Positions 20,980 to 29,257 of a stretch of 64,000 bases of DNA are shown here, one piece after another. The translations under genes and the position numbers were made by a program. Location of the stretch: positions 78,639 to 142,638 of the forward strand of contig CAZYXG010000001.1 of assembly GCA_964650885.1 (NCBI GenBank), in the 5' to 3' direction. Position 1 is the first letter of the stretch, and every line of letters begins with the position of its first letter. The notes beneath the pieces were generated by a model. It had not been told where the DNA came from and did no database searches. It saw only the letters and a list, made by a program, of their open reading frames with translations. Source of the stretch: an uncultured Hyphomicrobiales bacterium (lineage in GTDB: Bacteria; Bacteroidota; Ignavibacteria; Kapaibacteriales; UBA2268).

Positions 20980-22023
20980 ATGAAATTAAAATTAACTCTT
21001 TTATTATGCTGTGTATTTGGTTTAACTACTTTAGATACAATAGCAGTACCACTCGATAAAGTATCTGGCTCATCTACTGGTGAGGCTTTTAAGAAAGTTG
21101 GAGCAGCTGGCGCACAATTTTTGAAAATTGGAGTTGGAGCAAGAGCTGAAGGTATGGCTGGAGCATATTCGGCAGTAACTAATGATATTACTGCGATATT
21201 TTGGAATCCTGCTGGTTTATACCAAGTGCAAGGTACACAAGCAATGTTTTCTTACACAAATTGGTTTGGCGGATATACGCATAATTTTGCAGCATTCACT
21301 ATGCCATTAGGTTCACAATTTAGATTTGCAGCAAGTTTTGTAAGTTTATCAAGTGATAACATTGAAATTACTACTATGAGCAGACCAGAAGGTACTGGAC
21401 AGACATATAGTGTAAATGATGCGGCAATTAATTTAACATTATCAGGTAAATTGACAGATCAGTTTACTTTTGGTATTAATGCTAAATATATCAATAATAG
21501 TTTCTACAATATGAATGCAAATGGCTTTGCTTTTGATATTGGAACAAACTATGAAACTGGTATTGAAGGTATCAAATTAGCATTTTCAGTACATAATTTG
21601 GGAGGCGAACAGAAATATTCTGGTCAAAGTTTAAACACAGTAGTGAAATTGGTTGATGCTTTAAAAGCTTCACCATTAGATGCATCTTTAAATGCTTATA
21701 GCTTTACAATTCCTATTACATTTAGAGCTGGTATAGCAGCAGATTTGTATAAAGATGAGAAAAGTAAAGTTATTGGTGCATTCGATTTTGCAACACTTTC
21801 TGATACACCAGAGAATTATTCTTTTGGTGCTGAATATAGCTGGGACGATTTTGTATTCGTACGTGGTGGTTATAAATTCGGACACGACAATTTTGGTTTA
21901 GGCTTTGGTGCTGGAATCAAATACAACAGTGGCGGTTTAGATGGAAGATTAGATTATTCTGCATCACCAACTACAAATCTTGGCTTGGTTAACAGACTTT
22001 CTGTAATTGTTGGATTTAACTAA
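20980..22023 (+). CDS. porV: PorV/LptO-family outer-membrane beta-barrel (T9SS shuttle protein family; FadL-like)
   Basis: Family signature GARAEGMAGAYSAVTNDITAIFWNPAGL near the N-terminus, plus a signal peptide. Ends in a C-terminal Phe as outer-membrane barrels typically do (...SVIVGFN). 347 aa, shorter than typical PorV (about 390 aa). Confidence 0.65.
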   Translation: MKLKLTLLLCCVFGLTTLDTIAVPLDKVSGSSTGEAFKKVGAAGAQFLKIGVGARAEGMAGAYSAVTNDITAIFWNPAGLYQVQGTQAMFSYTNWFGGYTHNFAAFTMPLGSQFRFAASFVSLSSDNIEITTMSRPEGTGQTYSVNDAAINLTLSGKLTDQFTFGINAKYINNSFYNMNANGFAFDIGTNYETGIEGIKLAFSVHNLGGEQKYSGQSLNTVVKLVDALKASPLDASLNAYSFTIPITFRAGIAADLYKDEKSKVIGAFDFATLSDTPENYSFGAEYSWDDFVFVRGGYKFGHDNFGLGFGAGIKYNSGGLDGRLDYSASPTTNLGLVNRLSVIVGFN

Positions 22024-22045
22024 TTCAAAAATTATTATATCATTT

Positions 22046-22085
22046 AACCGTTTAGTTCAAAAGACTAAACGGTTTTTTTGTTTTA
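22046..22085 (+). terminator. Rho-independent terminator downstream of the porV-like gene
   Basis: Perfect 11-bp stem AACCGTTTAGT/ACTAAACGGTT with a 7-nt loop, followed by TTTTTTGTTTT. Confidence 0.75.
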
Positions 22086-22087
22086 AT

Positions 22088-23479
22088 ATGAATGTTTTAA
22101 AAATAATATTATTTCTATCTGTAATTGTTTCTGCTCAAGCGGAATCATATTTAGATTTGAGTTTGTTTAAAAATGGTGATAATCCAATTTTGAATATTTC
22201 GTTTTATTCAGATAATGGCGATATACAATATAAATTAGTTCAAAATTCATACATAGCCAAAATTGACTTTCAAATAATTGTAAATGACTTAAATCACAAC
22301 ACGATAGATACTTTAATTTGGAGATATTCATCTCAAATTGATACAACGAAATTGAATAGCCAAAATGTTGTAATTGCAGAGAATAAACTGAATTTAAAAA
22401 GCAACAATACTTATTTAATTATATGCAATGCAATTTATGAGAATAAATATTTAGTCTCTCAATCTGTTAATTTAAATACAATCGTTGATTCTAGTGTAAG
22501 TATGAGTGATATTTTGCTTGTATATGATGTAGCTGAAAATAATAACAACTCTAAATCAGAATTTGTAAGGAATAACTATGTAGTTACACCCAATGCTTCA
22601 AATTCAATTTATGGTACAGAACCGAGATTGCAAACCTATCAAGAAATTTATAACCTTGGTAAATATATCAATAATAATATTTTGATTAAATACTCAATTT
22701 TAGATGGTACTCACAAAGAAGTAATTAGTCAATCTAAAAAAACTAAAGTAAGTTATGCTAATTTTCTTGATATACTTGATTTGAATTTATTTGAGATTTC
22801 TACTGGTACTTATTATTTAAGTATTTCAATTTTAGATAGTAACGAAAAGAATATTTTCACTAAATCTAAATTATTCTTTTTATTAAATCCAGCAACTAAA
22901 CCTAGTATTCAAGGATTATTCAGAGAAAGCAGGGCATTTGAAGAAAGTGTTTTTTCAAGTATGACCGATGGAGAATTGGATTTAGAATTCAGTAAGTTCA
23001 AACTAATTCTATCAGAATATGAGATAGATCAATTCAACAAGTTAATAGATTATAAAGCAAAAAGACGAGCAATTTATAAATATTGGTATATTAGAGATTC
23101 TGACACAATCACAACATTAAATGAAAAAAGAGAGGAATTTTTAAATAGAGTGAAAACTGCTGAAAGACTATTTGGTAATGGGATTGAAAATTCTGGTTGG
23201 AAATCTGAACGTGGAAAAATAATGCTTAAATATGGAATTGCCACTGTACGAAACATTAACCAACGAGAAGGCGATAGAGTGGAATGTGAAGAATGGTTTT
23301 ATGATGATTTGGGTGGTGGACTTTTCTTTTATTTTGTGCAAAGATTTGCACTTAATAACTTTGTATTGGTTCATTCTAATGCTTCAGGTGAGCCAAGAGA
23401 CCCAAATTGGCTTCAAAATTATAATCCAAATATTCAAAGCGATGGTACTTCTAAATTTCGGAATAACAATCAAAGATAG
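22088..23479 (+). CDS. GWxTD-domain secreted protein (uncharacterised family)
   Basis: GWKSERGKIMLKYG motif in the C-terminal part. Signal peptide MNVLKIILFLSVIVSAQA. Start moved from the ORF-track 22007 to the ATG at 22088, because the extension covers the intrinsic terminator. Confidence 0.6.
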   Translation: MNVLKIILFLSVIVSAQAESYLDLSLFKNGDNPILNISFYSDNGDIQYKLVQNSYIAKIDFQIIVNDLNHNTIDTLIWRYSSQIDTTKLNSQNVVIAENKLNLKSNNTYLIICNAIYENKYLVSQSVNLNTIVDSSVSMSDILLVYDVAENNNNSKSEFVRNNYVVTPNASNSIYGTEPRLQTYQEIYNLGKYINNNILIKYSILDGTHKEVISQSKKTKVSYANFLDILDLNLFEISTGTYYLSISILDSNEKNIFTKSKLFFLLNPATKPSIQGLFRESRAFEESVFSSMTDGELDLEFSKFKLILSEYEIDQFNKLIDYKAKRRAIYKYWYIRDSDTITTLNEKREEFLNRVKTAERLFGNGIENSGWKSERGKIMLKYGIATVRNINQREGDRVECEEWFYDDLGGGLFFYFVQRFALNNFVLVHSNASGEPRDPNWLQNYNPNIQSDGTSKFRNNNQR

Positions 23480-23482
23480 TTA

Positions 23483-24364
23483 ATGAACTTATTGATAACC
23501 ACATTTTTACTTGTATTTTCAGCAATTCTTCGCTTTATGCCTAGAAATGTTGTAATATTTATGGGTAAATTATTTGGAAACTTTTTAAGATTATTGAGTA
23601 AAAAAAGAAAAAATATCACTTTAAACAATATCCGAATGGCACTACCAGAAGCTGATTCTGATTTTATATGCAAAGAATCATATCGCAATCTTGGAATTAC
23701 ATTTGCGGAATTAGTTACAATGAATAAATATTCTATTGATGAGTTAAAAAATATTGTCAAATATGAGAATGTTGAGTTGATTGATGAATTATTAAGTCAA
23801 GGCAAGGGTTTAATTACTTTATCGGGGCATTATGGTAATTGGGAATTGCTTGCATATACAACGGGTTTATTTTCTGGACATCCAACCAATATGATAGTGA
23901 AACCAATGAAGAATCAATATGCCGATGTTTTTCTGAATAAATTCCGAGTGTTCGAAGGCAATAAAATTGTGTCTTCTCATAATGCAGCAAAAAAGATGAT
24001 TAAGTTGCTTAGAGACGGTGAGCAAATGGCTTTAATAGTAGATCAAAATGCAACTTCCAGCCGTAATGTTTTAGTAAACTTTTTTGGATTAAGTACACCA
24101 ACTTATGAAGCACCTGCTTCTTTGGCTTTGAAATTGAAAGCTCCATTAATTATCGGTTTCGCAGTTAGAGAAAAAGATAATACTTATAGCGTAAAATTAC
24201 AAGAAATAGATTATTCTGATTTATTGGCATTGCCTACAAATGAAGCAATTGAGATTTTAACTCAACGCCACGTTAATATTTTGGAAAATCAGATAAGAAC
24301 ACGACCAGATTTGTGGGCTTGGCAACATAGGAGATGGAAACACTCGCCAGGTGCTTTTAATTGA
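23483..24364 (+). CDS. Lipid A biosynthesis late (lauroyl/myristoyl) acyltransferase, LpxL/HtrB family
   Basis: N-terminal architecture typical of LpxL (membrane anchor, then KKRKNITLNNIRMALPE...). 293 aa. Confidence 0.7.
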   Translation: MNLLITTFLLVFSAILRFMPRNVVIFMGKLFGNFLRLLSKKRKNITLNNIRMALPEADSDFICKESYRNLGITFAELVTMNKYSIDELKNIVKYENVELIDELLSQGKGLITLSGHYGNWELLAYTTGLFSGHPTNMIVKPMKNQYADVFLNKFRVFEGNKIVSSHNAAKKMIKLLRDGEQMALIVDQNATSSRNVLVNFFGLSTPTYEAPASLALKLKAPLIIGFAVREKDNTYSVKLQEIDYSDLLALPTNEAIEILTQRHVNILENQIRTRPDLWAWQHRRWKHSPGAFN

Positions 24365-25371
24365 AATTAGCTAATGTGAAACATATCGCTATATTTAATA
24401 CTGCCTTTCTTGGTGATATTACATTGTCTTTATTTCTTTGTAAGAAAATCAAAGATATTTCTCCTAATACCAGAATAACATTCATAACCACCAAAGAAGC
24501 TTCTACGATTATCGATTTATCTGAAAATGTAGATAATGTTTTAGTTTTTGATAAACGCAATCAACATAAGAAAATTAGTAAAGTAATGCAATTTGCTAAA
24601 GAATTGAATAATTTAAATATTGATTGTTTTATAAGTACTCATAAATCATTTAGAAGTGGATTGTTGCTTTATGCTATAAAAGCTACTAAAATATGTTTCA
24701 ATGATGCAAATTTATCGGCCTTTGCTCAATACAGAGTCCCCTATAGGCTGTATTTACACGAAGTAAAAAGACAACTGTCATTACTTTTGCCTTTTTCAGA
24801 ATTTCAAGAAATTGATTTTGATAATTATAATTTCCCAAATTTAAAATTAAATGCAGAATCAAATAAATTGAAACAAACTATTTGTATTGCTCCAGGATCT
24901 GTTTGGAAAACAAAACGATGGACAGCAAGCGGTTTTGCTATTGTTATTGATTATTTTGCACCTAATTATAGAATTTGCTTGATTGGTGGGAAAGATGAAA
25001 GTGTACTTTCGAATGACATAGAAAACTTAACGAAAGATAAATTTGAGAATTTAGTAGGGCAGTTGAGTTTTAAAGAGACAATAGAATTAATTTCAAATTC
25101 AAGTATGATGCTTTCTAATGATAGTGCTCCAACACACTTTGCATCAATTACTAATACTAAAACATTAACTATATATGGTCCTACTTCGCCTAAGTTTGGT
25201 TTTGCTCCAATAGCTAATAATTCAAGCACGATAAGTTTAAATCTACCTTGTAGCCCTTGCCATCATCATGGATTAAATACTTGCCCAATAAAACATCATA
25301 ATTGCATGGAAAAATTGCAAGCTGCAGAAGTTATTGCAAAAATGGAACAATTACTTCTTCAACAAACTTAA
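24361..25371 (+). CDS. Glycosyltransferase family 9 (LPS heptosyltransferase-like)
   Basis: N-terminal IAIFNTAFLGDITLS and the general GT9 layout. 336 aa. The start may be TTG at 24361 or GTG at 24376. Overlaps the upstream gene by 4 nt. Confidence 0.65.
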   Translation: MKLANVKHIAIFNTAFLGDITLSLFLCKKIKDISPNTRITFITTKEASTIIDLSENVDNVLVFDKRNQHKKISKVMQFAKELNNLNIDCFISTHKSFRSGLLLYAIKATKICFNDANLSAFAQYRVPYRLYLHEVKRQLSLLLPFSEFQEIDFDNYNFPNLKLNAESNKLKQTICIAPGSVWKTKRWTASGFAIVIDYFAPNYRICLIGGKDESVLSNDIENLTKDKFENLVGQLSFKETIELISNSSMMLSNDSAPTHFASITNTKTLTIYGPTSPKFGFAPIANNSSTISLNLPCSPCHHHGLNTCPIKHHNCMEKLQAAEVIAKMEQLLLQQT

Positions 25372-26775
25372 GACTTCTCGAATAGAGAATATCTTTAGTT
25401 TATCGCTTAAAGCAATTAGAATAATTATATAAAGCGGGAGAGAGAATAGGTTGTTAAGCTGAAAATAATTAGCAACTAAAATTGGAATAATTGCGACTAA
25501 ATTAACTAACAGAATCTTTACAAGACTTATTACATTTATAGAATCTAACTCTTTCTTGATGAAATATAACTGTGCTATGAATATTAATATTTCTACAATT
25601 ACCAATGAAATGGCAGCACCGTATGCTCCACCATTAGGGACTAAAAGAAATACAGCAATCAAGTTAAGTGTGCTACCAAAAGTAATTGCGTAAAGTACTT
25701 TTTTCTCATTACCCCACGCTATTAAAGCAGGAGTGATAGAGACATTCAAATATGCAAAGAATGTTGAAATAGCCATAATTTGTAGAATGAAGACACTTTC
25801 ACTAAATTTGCTTCCCCACAAAATTAATATTAACTTATCGGAGAAAAAATATAGCCCTATAGCTAATGATACAGCGAAAAAGTAAACTAAGTTTGTATAT
25901 TTATTAAAAATGCTTTGCTTGTCTTCTCTTGTTTCTGCTTGTGAAAGTTTTGCAAAAAATGAATTTTGGAAAATACTTAAAGGAACTAATGCTAAATTTG
26001 TGAATTTGAATGCTGCGAAATAAATTCCGTTATCATAGAGATAAGTGTCGGGTCTAAAATATGCAGTGCTAACAATACCTAAACTATGATTAATAGATAC
26101 TAAAACAAAAGTTAAACTAATAGGTAAAGAGCTATATACTAATTGTTTAAGAAGTTGTTTGTCAAATTGAAATTTAATTTTAGAGATTTGTTTGATAAAA
26201 TAGATTACCAATGCAACAGCATTTAGAAAAAGGGTAGTAGCAATAACAATCGAGGCAATAATTGTATCGTTTTCATTTTTTACTAAAAGTATAATTCCAA
26301 CGAAGTTTAACAAAGAAAGACTTATTGTTCTTGTGGCAATAACATTCATTTTCTCAATTCCAACAAAATACCAATTGAGTAAAATGGCTTGAGAAATGAC
26401 TGTAGTTCCAATAATTGCAATAACTAATTTGACATTGTAATCTTTATTTATAAAGAAAAGAGCAATTAATATCAATAAATAAACAGCAAGTGAGAGTATT
26501 AACCTTAAGCTAAAAGCATTATTTACAATTGATTGATTGTCTATTTTATTTTTAGCTATATCTCTAGTTCCAATTGCATCAAAACCAAATGAGAATGCAA
26601 TGAATGAAAAGTTTGCAATTGATTGAGCCAAACCAATACTTCCAATACCTTCTGTACCTATAACACGAGCTAAATAAGCCATATAAAAGTACATTAGGAG
26701 TCTATTTACTGATTCCGCAAATGTTAATGTCAGTATGTTTCTAAGAAGGGTAGGTTTTTTCAAAATCAAAACCAA
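25351..26775 (-). CDS. Polysaccharide biosynthesis protein / Wzx-type flippase (MOP superfamily)
   Basis: 474 aa polytopic membrane protein with about 12-14 TM helices. Its N-terminus is typical of Wzx/polysaccharide-export flippases. Confidence 0.65.
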   Translation of the reverse strand: MVLILKKPTLLRNILTLTFAESVNRLLMYFYMAYLARVIGTEGIGSIGLAQSIANFSFIAFSFGFDAIGTRDIAKNKIDNQSIVNNAFSLRLILSLAVYLLILIALFFINKDYNVKLVIAIIGTTVISQAILLNWYFVGIEKMNVIATRTISLSLLNFVGIILLVKNENDTIIASIVIATTLFLNAVALVIYFIKQISKIKFQFDKQLLKQLVYSSLPISLTFVLVSINHSLGIVSTAYFRPDTYLYDNGIYFAAFKFTNLALVPLSIFQNSFFAKLSQAETREDKQSIFNKYTNLVYFFAVSLAIGLYFFSDKLILILWGSKFSESVFILQIMAISTFFAYLNVSITPALIAWGNEKKVLYAITFGSTLNLIAVFLLVPNGGAYGAAISLVIVEILIFIAQLYFIKKELDSINVISLVKILLVNLVAIIPILVANYFQLNNLFSLPLYIIILIALSDKLKIFSIREVLSLLKK

Positions 26776-26778
26776 TAA

Positions 26779-27183
26779 TTATTTACTTAGTCTAAGAATT
26801 TCGCTGAATTCTTCATCGGAAACTGGCATAACAGAAAGTCTAGTATGCTTAATTAAAGGTAATGATTGTAGTTTATCGTTTTGTTTGATTTGAGCTAAAG
26901 TTACTGGGTTTCTAAATTCATCATCGAATCTAACTTCAACAGAAACCCAATTTACATCTTCAGTAGTAGGGTCTTGAAAGTATTCTTTTGTAACTTTCAA
27001 TGTTCCCATAATAGCTTTGGCTTCATTGCTAATATAAAAAAATAAAATATCGTTTAGTTTGATTAACTTGAGATTATTGCGAGCTTGGTAATTCCTAACT
27101 CCGTCCCAAATTGTTATTTTATCTTTTTTCATTTGATCCCAAGGATAGTTCTCAGGGTCTGATTTTACAAGCCAGTAAGCCAT
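26779..27183 (-). CDS. EVE-domain (PUA-like) protein
   Basis: 134 aa. N-terminus MAYWLVKSDPENYPW... and overall size match the EVE/YTH-like PUA fold. Confidence 0.65.
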   Translation of the reverse strand: MAYWLVKSDPENYPWDQMKKDKITIWDGVRNYQARNNLKLIKLNDILFFYISNEAKAIMGTLKVTKEYFQDPTTEDVNWVSVEVRFDDEFRNPVTLAQIKQNDKLQSLPLIKHTRLSVMPVSDEEFSEILRLSK

Positions 27184-27184
27184 T

Positions 27185-27712
27185 TTATTTTAAACTTTCG
27201 CCTATTAATGATTCTATAGTTGGTACATTGCTAGGATTTCTTGCAGATTTATATTCTAATGAATCAATAATTGAATATTTAACTATTCCATTTCTGATTA
27301 AAAAGAATCTTGGCAAATCGTTCAATTTTAATTTATCTGTGTAAGGATTTTTATCAGTAGTATTAGTCATTTTATAAATTTCCATACCAGATTCTGGAAC
27401 ACCAGCTGACTGCAAAGACTTAATGAAAGAAGGGAACTGTTTAGTTGTACCAACACAAGAGCAAGTAGTTTTAACAAATAAAACAAATTTGTCTGTGGCT
27501 GGATTAAAATTACTATTTATTTCTTTAACGTTGTTTGTATCTGGTGCGTAGCTATTAACTTCGTCAATAAACCAACCAAAAGCAGGTTCTTTTTTCAAAT
27601 CAGCAACTGTTGTTAAAACTCCATCAGATGACTGAGTAGTTCCATTTTCGCAAGACGCAAGAGCTAAAACCAATAACAAACTAAAAGCAAAAGATAAATT
27701 CTTCATTTTCAA
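27185..27712 (-). CDS. Lipoprotein, possibly thioredoxin-fold
   Basis: Lipobox LALASC. Central TTCSCVG with a beta-alpha-beta character. Tightly packed between nuoN and the EVE gene. Confidence 0.35.
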   Translation of the reverse strand: MKMKNLSFAFSLLLVLALASCENGTTQSSDGVLTTVADLKKEPAFGWFIDEVNSYAPDTNNVKEINSNFNPATDKFVLFVKTTCSCVGTTKQFPSFIKSLQSAGVPESGMEIYKMTNTTDKNPYTDKLKLNDLPRFFLIRNGIVKYSIIDSLEYKSARNPSNVPTIESLIGESLK

Positions 27713-27719
27713 ATCCTAA

Positions 27720-29213
27720 TTAATTAAGAAACTTAGTGATAATACTTTGTAGATATGACGGAAATATACCCAAAACTATTATACCAACAGTAGTTAAAAA
27801 TAATGTAATGGAAGCTGAACCATAATGAGCTTGTAGTTCTTCTTTTGGTTCTTTAAAGTAAATCCAAACTACTAAACCTATATAGAAGGCAATTGAAATA
27901 ATAGATGAAATAACTGCAACAATAGTTAACCAAGTAAAGCCTGCTTCAATTGCTGCTGTAAATAAGTAATATTTTCCAAAGAAACCAGCAAAGGGAGGCA
28001 AACCCGCTAATGAGAACATAAATATTGACATTATAGCAGAAAGTACAGGATACTTTTTATAAAGTCCAGCATAATCTTCAAGTTCTAAATTTTTGTCTGT
28101 TTTTTGTTCTAATACACTAAGTACTACAAAAGAACCAATTTGCATTAATAAGTATGCTGATAAATAGAAAACAACACCAGTCCAACCTTTCTCATTATTT
28201 GCAGCAATACCAATTAACAAGTAACCAGCATGTGCAACAGATGAATAGGCAAGCATTCTTTTAATATTTTTTTGTACCAAAGCAGTGATATTACCAATAA
28301 GCATAGTGATTGCAGAAATTATAGCAATTACCATTTGACCTTTATGTGTTAATGCCAACACTTCTGGATTTGTTATACCAATTGGAATTAAAGCTCTTAC
28401 AATAATAATAAATGCAATTAATGCAGCAGCTTTACCAGCTGTACTCATAAAAGCAGTAACAACGGTTGGCGAACCAGAATAAACATCAGGTGCCCACTGA
28501 TGGAATGGGAAGGCAGCAGCTTTAAAGCTAAGACCTACTATTAACATTGCAAAACCAATTGCTAGAAAAGCTTGATTATTAATCATTCCTGCTTTTATAG
28601 CAGAAGCAATACTCACACCAGTTTGAAATTCTTGTAGATACATAGTGCCAGTAGCACCATAAATCATAGACATACCATAAAGTAAGAAGCCAGTAGCAAA
28701 AGAACCTAATAAGAAGTATTTTAGTGATGCTTCAACTGATTTTAATGTAGCTCTAAAGTAGCCAGCAAGTACATAGAAAGTAATAGACATAATCTCAATA
28801 CCAACAAAAAGCATAAGCAAATGGTTGGAATGTGAAATAATTATCATACCGCTCACTGCGAATAAGATTAGCGTATAGAATTCATTAGTTTCCCAATTTT
28901 CTCTTTGAAAGTATGGTCTTGCAGCAAATAAAGTAAACAAACCACCTAATATAAATAACAAATCTAAGAAAGAAGCATATCTGCCAAAAGTAACCATACC
29001 TTTGGAAATTGGCATCTGACTCATACTAGTTATATCGCTAGGGTTGAAATTAATTGTAAGTAAGCTGAAAGCTCCAGTTACTATTAAACCAATTATTGAA
29101 AACCAGTAAAGTATTCCAAACTTTCCTTTAGATAAAGGGTCAACTAATAGTGCTAAAATACACACTACACCTATTGAAATTATTGGAGAGAGGTTAAACA
29201 ATTCCATATTCAC
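27720..29213 (-). CDS. nuoN: NADH-quinone oxidoreductase subunit N
   Basis: 497 aa polytopic antiporter-like subunit. Follows nuoM and nuoL in the canonical order. Confidence 0.85.
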   Translation of the reverse strand: MNMELFNLSPIISIGVVCILALLVDPLSKGKFGILYWFSIIGLIVTGAFSLLTINFNPSDITSMSQMPISKGMVTFGRYASFLDLLFILGGLFTLFAARPYFQRENWETNEFYTLILFAVSGMIIISHSNHLLMLFVGIEIMSITFYVLAGYFRATLKSVEASLKYFLLGSFATGFLLYGMSMIYGATGTMYLQEFQTGVSIASAIKAGMINNQAFLAIGFAMLIVGLSFKAAAFPFHQWAPDVYSGSPTVVTAFMSTAGKAAALIAFIIIVRALIPIGITNPEVLALTHKGQMVIAIISAITMLIGNITALVQKNIKRMLAYSSVAHAGYLLIGIAANNEKGWTGVVFYLSAYLLMQIGSFVVLSVLEQKTDKNLELEDYAGLYKKYPVLSAIMSIFMFSLAGLPPFAGFFGKYYLFTAAIEAGFTWLTIVAVISSIISIAFYIGLVVWIYFKEPKEELQAHYGSASITLFLTTVGIIVLGIFPSYLQSIITKFLN

Positions 29214-29257
29214 TTTCCGATTTTAACTCTGTTTAATTATCAATTGAAAAAATGTTT

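Noticed and set aside
27185-27712. Lipoprotein as a bona fide thioredoxin/SCO-like redox protein
   Set aside because: It has only a CSC arrangement and no CxxC or CxxxC. The fold assignment is a guess, so I annotated it only as a lipoprotein.
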